Below, in pieces: positions 41,272 through 50,542 of a stretch of 64,000 nt of DNA (positions within the stretch are counted from its first letter, which is position 1; each line of letters opens with the position of its first letter). Source of the DNA: Opitutaceae bacterium (lineage in GTDB: Bacteria; Verrucomicrobiota; Verrucomicrobiia; Opitutales; Coraliomargaritaceae); assembly GCA_051252375.1 (NCBI GenBank), contig JBPOFY010000001.1:64001-128000 (forward strand). The letters run 5' to 3'. A program made the translations under genes and the position numbers. Under the pieces are notes generated by a model. It made no database searches. It worked only from the letters and a program-made list of their open reading frames with translations, and was not told the DNA's origin.

Positions 41272-41838
41272 CTACTTACACAACTGCGTGTATCGGAAGC
41301 AATCAGTGGTATGATCGTTGACCATACCGACCGCTTGCATGAAGGCATAGCAGATAGTGCTGCCGACAAACTTGAAGCCTTCTTTCTTGAGCGCTTTACT
41401 CATCGCATCCGACTCGGGTGTGCTGACAGGGACATCTGCTAAAGACTTCCAGCTATTTTGTATTGGTTGACCGCCCACGAATTGCCACAGCCATTTTGCG
41501 AAACTGCCCTCACGCTCGACAACTCGCAGGTAGGCCTGCGCATTGCCAATCGACGCAGCTATTTTCAAGCGGTTGCGCACGATTCCGGCGTCCGCTAGCA
41601 ACTGGGCGACCTTTACAGCATCGTAGCGCGCGATCTTAGCCGCATCAAAGCCATCATAGAGCCGACGATAGTTCTCCCGCTTATTCAGTATCGTGATCCA
41701 ACTGAGCCCTGCCTGCGCGCCCTCAAGAATGAGAAACTCAAAGAGCACTCGATCATCCCATACCGGCACGCCCCACTCTTCATCGTGATAGCTTTTATAA
41801 AGCTCCGAACCGACTGACCATTGGCAACGTTGACACAT
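41272..41838 (-). CDS. tag: DNA-3-methyladenine glycosylase I
   Basis: RCQW, YHDEEWG, LEGAQAGLSW and GMVNDH..C motifs. Confidence 0.96.
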   Translation of the reverse strand: MCQRCQWSVGSELYKSYHDEEWGVPVWDDRVLFEFLILEGAQAGLSWITILNKRENYRRLYDGFDAAKIARYDAVKVAQLLADAGIVRNRLKIAASIGNAQAYLRVVEREGSFAKWLWQFVGGQPIQNSWKSLADVPVSTPESDAMSKALKKEGFKFVGSTICYAFMQAVGMVNDHTTDCFRYTQLCK

Positions 41839-41973
41839 GCACGCGAGACTAGGCTCTCGATGAAAAGATACAAAATTATATCCTAAAAAAACGCATTAGG
41901 AGTTTAGTGGCGTTCGCAGCTTTAAATACAAACAAATACAGCACTGAAAGTTTTTCAAGAGACATGCGCCTAA

Positions 41974-42891
41974 CTACTCAGCAAAGACAGACGACAACAT
42001 TTGCGTAAAGTCCCCACCGCCGAGCACAGGGTCAATCTTACGAAAACGGACGATACTGGAGCGCCCCTCATTGAAATCCACCTGCACATCGTAAGGCATG
42101 CGCAAGCCATTCACTTGTTCAAAGCGCGAAAAACGAAACACGTGCTTCTCACCGCTCTTCGTCAGGTCCACTCGGGCCAGCAATTTCAAGTCAGACTCAC
42201 GGAGATACACTTCACTAATTAGACCACGGTCATTACGTATAAAACAAACCTTAAGCGCAGGAAACCCGCTCCAATCCGAATGCTCAACGTTCAGAATATC
42301 CCCACGTCCATTAACCGAAAAATCAACCATGGGATCAAATACTCCCAGCATAGTATCTGCAATCACCTCCAGTGAATCATCCCACACGGCTGAATCGCCA
42401 GATGCGTCCTCCACCCGCAAATCACCATCGACAAATTGCAAATGATAACGACTCCCATTATCCAAAAATTCGCATACTAAGTTATCCCACCCATCTCCGC
42501 ATGCTCGAAAAACCCGAAACACACCTGCTTCAATCACTACTCCTTCATAAATATAATTACGATGTTCGCTCCATGCGTCTTGCCCTCCAATTGCGTCCAT
42601 ATACTTACCAACTAAGAGACTCGGATCCTGATTCACGTCCCAAGGCTGCAACTCACTAAATTGCAGACCATACAAGCTGCCCTTTCCTGCCGAATAATAC
42701 CATTTAACTGATGCAAAGCCCGCCAACGCAATTCCAAGAATGATTAACACAGGATAGAGAATATAAGCCAAACCCTCAAGTTTATGCTTAGTTTCTTCAC
42801 TCAACCCCCTGCGATGCTTAACCGCGACCTTAACAGGCACTTTGGAAGTATTCGATTGAGCCCTACTAACGCGATTAGAATTATGATCCAT
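41974..42891 (-). CDS. Membrane-anchored protein, possibly LolA-like/outer-membrane lipoprotein-sorting fold
   Basis: TM near the N-terminus; KYMDAIGG..AW and FEQVNGLRMPY patterns. Confidence 0.55.
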   Translation of the reverse strand: MDHNSNRVSRAQSNTSKVPVKVAVKHRRGLSEETKHKLEGLAYILYPVLIILGIALAGFASVKWYYSAGKGSLYGLQFSELQPWDVNQDPSLLVGKYMDAIGGQDAWSEHRNYIYEGVVIEAGVFRVFRACGDGWDNLVCEFLDNGSRYHLQFVDGDLRVEDASGDSAVWDDSLEVIADTMLGVFDPMVDFSVNGRGDILNVEHSDWSGFPALKVCFIRNDRGLISEVYLRESDLKLLARVDLTKSGEKHVFRFSRFEQVNGLRMPYDVQVDFNEGRSSIVRFRKIDPVLGGGDFTQMLSSVFAE

Positions 42892-43002
42892 ACGACTTTA
42901 AGTCGTCTTCAAACAACACTGTCAAAACATTACGTTCCATTACTTACGAATTAAATATAGTTATCCCACACTTAAGCTAACGTAATATAGAATAAAATTA
43001 TA

Positions 43003-43887
43003 CTACAGCGATACTCGGCAATCAGGCTCTCGTATCTGAGTGCGAAACCAGGTGCGCTGTTTTTTCACAAGGTGAATTGTGTTTTGAACAATCTCAGGAA
43101 CGAGCTCTCGCATTTCAAGTTTATGATCTAAAAAGGCTAAGGTCTCACGATAACCAATCGCAGATGAGGCGCTCGGATTCTTACGAATCCCTAGTTCGAC
43201 CAATTTTTCGACTTCATATATCAAACCATCATTAACCATATTCTGCGCCCGCTGAGCGATACGCTGCTTTAGGTTTTCAGTATCTCGCTCAAGAAGAATC
43301 AACTTCTTCTCAAACTCACCAAAAGGCTCAGGTCTCGCAGCAAATTCTGCCTGCAGATCTGGCAACGACTTACCAGAGGCGATACACCGCTCCAAAGCGC
43401 GCAGCACGCGACGCGGATTTTGTGGATCTAAATTACCAATACCTTCTGGGCTACGCTTCTGCAAATCAGCCAACAAACCCTGCAAACCTTCAGCCTCATG
43501 AAGCGCGGCCACTTGCTGACGCTCGGCATCGCTAACCTTTACAATGTCAATCACCGGCGCGAAAAAACTCTTTAGGTAAAAACCACTACCACCTGTCACA
43601 ACAACTGACTTTCCACGCGCCACGATATCCGCAACTGCTGCTTCAGCATCACGCACATAAGCAACAATATCATAAGGCTCATCAACCGCATTCACATCGA
43701 TCAAATGATGTGGCACACGGGCCAGTTCTTCCTTCGATGGTTTCGCAGTTCCAATATCCATGCCACGATACACCAAGGACGCATCACACGAAACAATCTC
43801 CGCGTCATGCTGTTCTGCATACTTCAACGCATACTCTGTTTTACCAACAGCTGTCGGCCCTGTAATGATATGTAAAGTAGGTGTCAT
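43003..43887 (-). CDS. miaA: tRNA dimethylallyltransferase
   Basis: GPTAVGKT, YRGMDIGTAKP, GGSGFY and KKQRTWF motifs. Confidence 0.96.
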   Translation of the reverse strand: MTPTLHIITGPTAVGKTEYALKYAEQHDAEIVSCDASLVYRGMDIGTAKPSKEELARVPHHLIDVNAVDEPYDIVAYVRDAEAAVADIVARGKSVVVTGGSGFYLKSFFAPVIDIVKVSDAERQQVAALHEAEGLQGLLADLQKRSPEGIGNLDPQNPRRVLRALERCIASGKSLPDLQAEFAARPEPFGEFEKKLILLERDTENLKQRIAQRAQNMVNDGLIYEVEKLVELGIRKNPSASSAIGYRETLAFLDHKLEMRELVPEIVQNTIHLVKKQRTWFRTQIREPDCRVSL

Positions 43888-44109
43888 AGCTGGGGCAGTT
43901 AACATTCTCAACTTCGAACTAGCAACCAAGGATCAATCATTCTGGAAATTTGTCTCGTCACCAAAACCATCGACAGAGGAGGCTTCGTCAACGACTTCGA
44001 AGAAGCGCGAGTCGAATGACTCAGACCGGGATATAAGGATATGCTCGACTGGGGAGGAGCTTGTTGAGCAGTTAGAACCCTAGAGAATGCAGCCGTCCCT
44101 ACCCGAGTC

Positions 44110-45132
44110 TTACCGCTTTGCGAAGTCGCTGAACTTACCTTTATAACGACGGGCAATTTTCTCCATCGAATCGCCGGCTTCGGGTTCGACTTTAAAGCCG
44201 ATAAAATGAATACGCGGCTCGATGCCATATTCGCGAACGAGATCGCGCAGTGTCTTTTCCACATCATCCCAAGGCACATCGCCTCCACTGAACTTCTCGC
44301 TTTTACCGCGCTGAAAGTCTCCGTCTGAAACGATAAAAATGACTTCGGGCTCCATTTGAAATGCAACCGTCAGGGCGCCTTGAATACCATTCACCTCGAA
44401 TGGTAGCTGCGTGGTCTTACGACTGGAACGCACATTATCGCGCACCCACAGTTTAGCGGCTTGTTTATTTCGTGCGCCTGCCGCGATCATGTAATCCCTA
44501 AAGGTGCCGACTTGCTGCGCAAAGGGCACCAACCCAAAGAGCGTGTTCGCGTTCAAGCCGTCAATCAACACGGCCAACTCGCGGACAAAGGCATCGGTCG
44601 ATACGCCGGCGGCACTGGCTTTGTTCCAGACGGTCGAACTATTATCAAACAGTATCAGTATGCGCTGACCGCTGTCTTGGATGCCAAACAACGACGCTGA
44701 CGACGACTCCGTCTTCAAGCCTTGTAATGCACCCAACACTCCTGACTGCCCGAGCAAAGAATCGGACTGCAATGCCGCGGGGTTCCGCTCGATCGGATTA
44801 AACTCACTGGTCGGCATATTCGGCAACGATGGCAGGGCATCAGGCAAAAGTGCCGCCGTGCTAATGCGCTCCATCTGCATTGGCGAACTGGCCGCATTTT
44901 GAAACTCCGCTAGGGCGACTTTGTGCTCTAACTCCTTTTGCGGCAGATAAATCTTCTTTCGGGCAACAAACTCGGGGTCGGACTTAAACTCCGGCACCAG
45001 AACCACCACAAATACAGCCACCAACAGCAGCCCTGCTTGTATCATCAATGCCAATAGCAAAGGTCCCACTTTCGAGCGTCGTGGCGCACGTGTCCCTGTG
45101 ACAGTTGGTGAGGTTGCAGGCATTAGAGTCAC
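44110..45132 (-). CDS. Membrane-anchored vWA-domain protein
   Basis: N-terminal TM; MIDAS-like LFDNSST and IFIVSDG motifs. Confidence 0.7.
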   Translation of the reverse strand: MTLMPATSPTVTGTRAPRRSKVGPLLLALMIQAGLLLVAVFVVVLVPEFKSDPEFVARKKIYLPQKELEHKVALAEFQNAASSPMQMERISTAALLPDALPSLPNMPTSEFNPIERNPAALQSDSLLGQSGVLGALQGLKTESSSASLFGIQDSGQRILILFDNSSTVWNKASAAGVSTDAFVRELAVLIDGLNANTLFGLVPFAQQVGTFRDYMIAAGARNKQAAKLWVRDNVRSSRKTTQLPFEVNGIQGALTVAFQMEPEVIFIVSDGDFQRGKSEKFSGGDVPWDDVEKTLRDLVREYGIEPRIHFIGFKVEPEAGDSMEKIARRYKGKFSDFAKR

Positions 45133-45246
45133 ATATTGTAATCAAATTCGAACATGGCAAAACCCGATTTCACAGGTAATATAATAATCGTTTCCGACTC
45201 GCCACAGACCCGTCGTCGCGTTGCACTCCAACCAGAATTTTGAGAT

Positions 45247-45912
45247 ATGTTCCGCTCCTTACGTAATGCTTTTATCACCGGCGTAGTCGTCATCCTCCCG
45301 CTGGGTGTGACGATCATCGTGATCAATTTCCTGTTGGAACGCCTCGGCACGCCAGCGAGTAACTTCTTCTTTTGGTATCTCGATCCAGATTGGAGGGACT
45401 TACCTGTTGTCGAGCTCATGCTCAAATTCATCTCTGTCGCAGTCGTATTCCTGCTAATCACCTTGCTGGGGTATTTTTCCAAGTTTTTCATTGGGAAATT
45501 CATGCTGAATAGCATCGAACGGCTCCTCAACCGAGTTCCACTCATCAACACAGTGTATCGCACGGTCAAACAAATCGTCGACACTTTCAGCCAGCAGGAG
45601 AAAGCCATCTTCCAAGAAGTCGTGCTGATCGAATACCCGCGCCCACGTTGCTATGTGCTAGGCTTCCTTACCGGTAGCGCCAAAGGTGAGACCCAAGCCG
45701 TTACCGGCGAACACATACTCAACATCTTTGTGCCAACCACGCCAAATCCCACTAGCGGATTCCTACTCATGCTACCTGAGAGTGATGTCACTCGCCTGAC
45801 CATGACCATCAGTGACGGCATGAAAGTTATCATTTCTGGCGGTGCTGTCGTGCCGGATCCAAAAACAGGGGAGCCGATTCAGATCGAGAATCCGAGCGAA
45901 GCAAAGGCTTAG
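45247..45912 (+). CDS. DUF502 membrane protein
   Basis: EYPR, FVPTTPNPTSG and IISGG motifs. Confidence 0.92.
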   Translation: MFRSLRNAFITGVVVILPLGVTIIVINFLLERLGTPASNFFFWYLDPDWRDLPVVELMLKFISVAVVFLLITLLGYFSKFFIGKFMLNSIERLLNRVPLINTVYRTVKQIVDTFSQQEKAIFQEVVLIEYPRPRCYVLGFLTGSAKGETQAVTGEHILNIFVPTTPNPTSGFLLMLPESDVTRLTMTISDGMKVIISGGAVVPDPKTGEPIQIENPSEAKA

Positions 45913-45932
45913 TAAATCTGCCCTTTTACAGC

Positions 45933-46511
45933 TTAAGCCGCGCTGAGCATAATGGCTTTCTCTTCCACCACTTTCTCTTTGAGTGGATATGGCAAAGCAC
46001 AAGAGCGAGGATAACGATTGGTCTTAATCACAAGACGACCATCTTCTAGCATCGAAAGCTTTAGCTCCGAAGACCCAGAATAGGTGAGCACTTGCGGTAA
46101 TTCATCGAGTAAACGCAGCTTCACTTCATCGAGCATCGCTGCGAGATGAGAGCGAAGCGCTGGCTCTTCATTGAAAACACGCATCAAGACTGCTGCAAAT
46201 ATCGCATCACGCAGGCCACCTGCATCATCCTGAGAGACTTCAATCACGCCTTTTGCAAAATCGACACGAATCGAGGCAGATAATTTCGCAGTCGGCACAA
46301 CTTTCACACGCGAGCCTGCACAAATCTCCATCATACTCACAAATTGCACGCCACTGAGATCATAAAGACCCAGGCGAGACTTGTTCGGGATGCGCATCAA
46401 AAGTGGGATCAAATGAGCCAATTGGCACTGATCCGGAGCGGGTGATTGCCCTCCGAAGCGAATAGCGTCCATGCCGCTCTCGCCCAAGTTATAGTATGCT
46501 GACCTGTCCAT
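45933..46511 (-). CDS. Hypothetical protein
   Basis: 192-aa ORF filling the gap; no motif recognised. Confidence 0.55.
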   Translation of the reverse strand: MDRSAYYNLGESGMDAIRFGGQSPAPDQCQLAHLIPLLMRIPNKSRLGLYDLSGVQFVSMMEICAGSRVKVVPTAKLSASIRVDFAKGVIEVSQDDAGGLRDAIFAAVLMRVFNEEPALRSHLAAMLDEVKLRLLDELPQVLTYSGSSELKLSMLEDGRLVIKTNRYPRSCALPYPLKEKVVEEKAIMLSAA

Positions 46512-46682
46512 AAGCCCATATATAGTGGTTCGTCACAAACGTGGCAAGTTTATGCGACCGTTTGCCAATAGAATTAGAGAATACGATAACTCAGCATAAC
46601 GACATTAGAAACTTGAATAAAGGGCAGGGAATCGTCGGTTTGACGCTAAACCCAGCCCCACGCTCAGCGCAGCCCCGAAGGC

Positions 46683-47429
46683 CTAATTACGTGTCCAGCA
46701 GCTAGCCTGCGCGATGCTATATTGAAACTTCCTAGCGTGCTCGCGAATAAGGAATGGCATGTCCCATTGCCGTTGTAAGCCAAAGGCGGGCTCTAAAGCT
46801 CGTCTCAGCCCCGCAAAAGAATCCTGAGCCCCATCACCGAGCCAATTTTGAGAAGGCGTGTATTCTTCCAGCCAGGTGAAAGGCGTCGTGATAAACAACT
46901 GACCGCCAGGTTTCAGCAAATCAGGCAAACGCTCCAACAAACGCATCGGCTCGGGTAAACGGCAAATCAGATTACAAGCGATCACGACATCAAATTGACC
47001 GATATCCCGACGGATGTGCTGCGCATCACCTTGCTCAAAACTCACGCGACTGCGATCGATGCCAGCGTCGACAGCCACATCGAGAGCCGTCGTAGCCGAG
47101 CCCTCGTCCAACCGTGTTGCTGGATGTTGCCCATCCGTTTGAAGCCGCTTAGCGGCATCGATAAAAGCATGCGAATAATCGATGCCGATGACCTCCGAGC
47201 AATGCCTCGCTAGCTCAAAAGACGAACGCCCCACCGAACAACCGAGATCCAGCGCACGTGCCGGTTCGGTTAGTCGTGAAAAGTCCACACCTTCCACAGC
47301 ACAACGCTTCGGAAAATCCAAAGCATCGGCACCACCGAAACCGTATGGGAATTGCTCCGCAGTGGTAGCGTAGTGAAAGACTAGATACTGCTGCAGCAGT
47401 TCGTCCGATTCGTATGGGTTGGTGGGCAT
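46683..47429 (-). CDS. SAM methyltransferase resembling the OvoA C-terminal (mercaptohistidine N-methyltransferase) domain
   Basis: NPYESDELLQQYLVFHY, ALDLGCSVGRSSFELAR, NLICRL, PFTWLEEYT and REHARKFQ motifs. Confidence 0.8.
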   Translation of the reverse strand: MPTNPYESDELLQQYLVFHYATTAEQFPYGFGGADALDFPKRCAVEGVDFSRLTEPARALDLGCSVGRSSFELARHCSEVIGIDYSHAFIDAAKRLQTDGQHPATRLDEGSATTALDVAVDAGIDRSRVSFEQGDAQHIRRDIGQFDVVIACNLICRLPEPMRLLERLPDLLKPGGQLFITTPFTWLEEYTPSQNWLGDGAQDSFAGLRRALEPAFGLQRQWDMPFLIREHARKFQYSIAQASCWTRN

Positions 47430-47461
47430 GAGGTCGAAAAATGAAAAAATAACTGGTATCT

Positions 47462-47542
47462 CTGGAGGGCGGCGCTCCATCACCGCCGGAAGTATCTAAT
47501 GACACACGACATCTGCGGTTGCGACGGAGCGCAACCCTCCAG
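47462..47542. repeat. GGAG-type REP doublet
   Basis: ctggag-ggcggcg-ctccat-caccgcc ... ggttgcg-acggag-cgcaacc-ctccag. Confidence 0.75.
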
Positions 47543-47569
47543 CCAACCGAAAATGGAGGACCGCGCGAA

Positions 47570-48742
47570 CTAAGCGTCTACAGGTAGATCCGCCTCCAAG
47601 AGGTCGACCATGAACTTCGCAGGCTTGTAATGCTCGATCAGCACGGTCGTCTCGCCGTTCTTGATCATACGAGCTTGCTGCAGACGAATCTCCGGCGTCT
47701 TGTGTGGCGCATAGAGCACATCATCATGCGAAGCATTTTCATGCGTTTTGAAGAGATCCGGAGTGATGTTGCCACCAAGGTGGTCGTCGCGACCCGTTGC
47801 TACGTGAATCGTGCCTAGGATCTTTTCGTCCTGGATGTCGCGACCAGAGAAAGGCAGCACCTGTGTGCCAAAGCCAAGTTCGCCAAGCGCACCGATCATG
47901 GGATCGTCTTTTAGGCGGCGATTGTGATCTTCGATTTCTGCATAATCACCATAGACGAATTGCGACTTCACGATCTTGCCATCTTCCACGTGGAGTAAGC
48001 CAATCGTGCTCTCATCGTATTTAAAAGGAAAGACACCCTCGGCGCTTTCTGGAACAAAATAGACTTCACCAGCAGGGAGGTTGGCGACATCGGGCTTACC
48101 CGGAGGGCACAAGCCATGGCTCTTCTGCGCTTCTTGCCCATTGGTGTGTAGTATCAAAGTATAGACTTTATTTTCGACTTCGAAATCGATTTCGAATCGA
48201 TCGGCTTTTGTCAGACCAAGGCGTAACTTCTCTGCCTCTTCGCTGATGATATCGTAATCAACGGAAAGACCTGTCGCCAAAATGATCTGATTCAACCCGT
48301 GCAATGTTGCCCCGCGAAAACCAAATTCCTTACACTTCGCGGTGAGTGGTGCCGTCGCAGAAAATGTCGAAACCGTCAGAATGATATCATAATTCGCATA
48401 GATATCTTTGTCCAAGCTCAGCAAATTACCCACTGGATCATAACACTCATCCTCCATATCGAGGTTACTTCCACCAGTTTCCTTATAGGCAAAAATATCG
48501 CCGCCGGTCCAGTTCATCGCCTCAAGACCGCCCGCCTTGAAGCCTTTATAAAAGGTCTCATGCCCATAATTCTGAATCGAGAGCGTCTCATCCTCCAGAA
48601 ACTTAAAATCTTCGATATCTTTAGGATTCGGCAAATCGATTAAAATGCAGACCTTCTCGCCACTGCCCTGCCCGAAGCAAGTCTTCAGCAAGCGAGTCAG
48701 GCTGAATGGAGGAAAAGTGCGTTCATTGGCGTCGAGTATCAT
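47570..48742 (-). CDS. Aminopeptidase T / M29-like metallopeptidase family protein
   Basis: NLPAGEVY, GELGFG and DEKILGTIHVATG motifs. Confidence 0.72.
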   Translation of the reverse strand: MILDANERTFPPFSLTRLLKTCFGQGSGEKVCILIDLPNPKDIEDFKFLEDETLSIQNYGHETFYKGFKAGGLEAMNWTGGDIFAYKETGGSNLDMEDECYDPVGNLLSLDKDIYANYDIILTVSTFSATAPLTAKCKEFGFRGATLHGLNQIILATGLSVDYDIISEEAEKLRLGLTKADRFEIDFEVENKVYTLILHTNGQEAQKSHGLCPPGKPDVANLPAGEVYFVPESAEGVFPFKYDESTIGLLHVEDGKIVKSQFVYGDYAEIEDHNRRLKDDPMIGALGELGFGTQVLPFSGRDIQDEKILGTIHVATGRDDHLGGNITPDLFKTHENASHDDVLYAPHKTPEIRLQQARMIKNGETTVLIEHYKPAKFMVDLLEADLPVDA

Positions 48743-48884
48743 AGTTCTGCAGTGTTATGTGTGATAAAATAAAAGAAATGAGTCTATAAATGAATGAAAA
48801 CCTGTCAAAGCTAGGTTTGACTGCTCTGCTTGAGTCAATGGAATCGTAACCTATTCCCCAACCTTACAAAAAACTATATTTCAG

Positions 48885-49493
48885 ATGAAGCGCCTCTTCG
48901 ACATACTCGCGACCTTAGTCGGCTTGAGCGTGCTTTGCATCCCACTCTGTGTGCTGTGCATCATACAACTGATAGTTCTCGGGCGACCTATTTTCTTTCG
49001 CCAGGTTCGCGCGGGGCAAAACGGGAAAGCTTTTTCCATTCTTAAATTCCGCACGATGCGAAACGGCATAGGCAGCGACGCAGAACGAATGACCCGCTGG
49101 GGCCAGTTCTTGCGCAGCACCAGCCTCGACGAATTGCCGGAACTCTGGAATGTGTTAACCGGCGACATGAGCCTCGTTGGTCCACGCCCACTCCCCACTG
49201 TCTACCTAGAACGCTACTCTCCCGAGCAAGCGCGGCGCCACGACGTCCGACCGGGCATAACAGGGTGGGCACAAGTCAACGGTCGTAATGGCCTAAGTTG
49301 GGGACGACAATTCGAACTCGACCTGTGGTATGTGCAAAACCGTTCCTTCTTGCTCGATCTCAAAATTCTCGGTTTAACCATATGGACCGTCATACGCCGC
49401 GAAAACATCTCCGCAGAGGGGCACGCCACACGTGGTGAATTTTTCGGTTCTCAAAACCCACCGACCCCCGACCATACACAAACAGATGCCTGA
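48885..49493 (+). CDS. Monotopic polyprenyl-phosphate sugar-1-phosphate transferase (PglC-like)
   Basis: KRLFD, KFRTM, SLDELPELWNVL.GDMSLVGPRP and PGITGWAQVNGRN motifs. Confidence 0.95.
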   Translation: MKRLFDILATLVGLSVLCIPLCVLCIIQLIVLGRPIFFRQVRAGQNGKAFSILKFRTMRNGIGSDAERMTRWGQFLRSTSLDELPELWNVLTGDMSLVGPRPLPTVYLERYSPEQARRHDVRPGITGWAQVNGRNGLSWGRQFELDLWYVQNRSFLLDLKILGLTIWTVIRRENISAEGHATRGEFFGSQNPPTPDHTQTDA

Positions 49494-49782
49494 TCGTTCT
49501 GAAATCGAAACGCTAGTCCTCGAATCTGTTCGCCTTCTTGCGGAAGATTTCGAAATCGCTGCGCTACAATCAGCCGATTCCAGCAGCACACTCTACGGCA
49601 GCACCGGCTCACTCGACAGCATGGCGCTGGTCAACCTCATCGCCGATATCGAAGAAGCCATTGACGAGACATTCGGCGCATCCATCGCACTCGCCGATGA
49701 AAAAGCAATGAGCGCGAAGAACTCTCCTTTCCGTGACGTCAGCAGTCTCGTCGACGCCATCATTGAACGAATCGAATCATGA
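49486..49782 (+). CDS. Acyl carrier protein
   Basis: Acidic ~98-aa protein with LDSMALV phosphopantetheine site; overlaps both neighbours. Confidence 0.88.
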   Translation: MPDRSEIETLVLESVRLLAEDFEIAALQSADSSSTLYGSTGSLDSMALVNLIADIEEAIDETFGASIALADEKAMSAKNSPFRDVSSLVDAIIERIES

Positions 49783-50474
49783 AAACCATCGTCATCACCG
49801 GCACCAGAAAAGGCATCGGCCAAGCCCTTGCCCAGCACTACCTAAACGACGGCTGGAATGTCGCTGGTTGCAGCCGAGGTGACGCTTCGATTCAACATGA
49901 GCACTACACCCACTTCAGCCTCGATGTGAGCGACGAAGAGGCCGTCATCGCCATGGCACGCGCGCTCAAAAAACAATTCGGTCAAGTCGACGCACTGCTC
50001 AACAATGCGGGCATCGCATCGATGAACCACGCACTACTGACTCCAGCTTCGACCGTGAACCGTATTTTGCAGACCAACGTCGTGGGCACATTTCTCTTCT
50101 GCCGCGAAATGGGCAAGCTCATGCGCTCCACCAAAGCCGGACGTATCATTAATTTCACTACAGTCGCGCATCCGCTCAATCTTGAAGGCGAAGCTATTTA
50201 CGCCGCCAGCAAAGCAGCCGTTGAAAGCCTCACCCGCATCTTAGCTCGCGAGCTCGCAGAACTACAAATCACCGTCAATGCGATCGGTCCAACACCGATC
50301 GAGACCGACCTCATACGCGGCGTGCCTTCCGATAAAATGGAAGCGCTACTTCAACGCCAAGCCATCCGCCGCATGGGAGAAGTCAAAGACGTGATCAATG
50401 CAGTGGACTTCTTCATCCGCCCTGAAAGCGACTTCATCACTGGACAGGTTATCTATCTCGGTGGCGTCAACTAG
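49779..50474 (+). CDS. SDR oxidoreductase (FabG-like ketoacyl-ACP reductase)
   Basis: TGTRKGIG, NNAG, YAASK and FITGQ motifs. Confidence 0.92.
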   Translation: MKTIVITGTRKGIGQALAQHYLNDGWNVAGCSRGDASIQHEHYTHFSLDVSDEEAVIAMARALKKQFGQVDALLNNAGIASMNHALLTPASTVNRILQTNVVGTFLFCREMGKLMRSTKAGRIINFTTVAHPLNLEGEAIYAASKAAVESLTRILARELAELQITVNAIGPTPIETDLIRGVPSDKMEALLQRQAIRRMGEVKDVINAVDFFIRPESDFITGQVIYLGGVN

Positions 50475-50497
50475 AATGCAGACCTATCAAGACTGAA

Positions 50498-50523
50498 CGG
50501 CAATGACGGAGCATTGCCCTCCA
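50498..50523. repeat. GGAG-type REP-like palindrome (reverse orientation)
   Basis: Reverse complement tggag-ggcaatg-ctccgt-cattgcc-g. Confidence 0.7.
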
Positions 50524-50542
50524 CAAAACGATAATACATCGA

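Noticed and set aside
43888..44109. sRNA or gene remnant upstream of miaA
   Set aside because: No convincing ORF or structure; only a partial REP-like end (gtccctacc) near 44095-44103
46541..46568. Sigma-54 promoter-like TGGCA...GC motifs on both strands (also cggcac...gc near 5623)
   Set aside because: GG-to-GC spacing is 9 nt rather than the required 10
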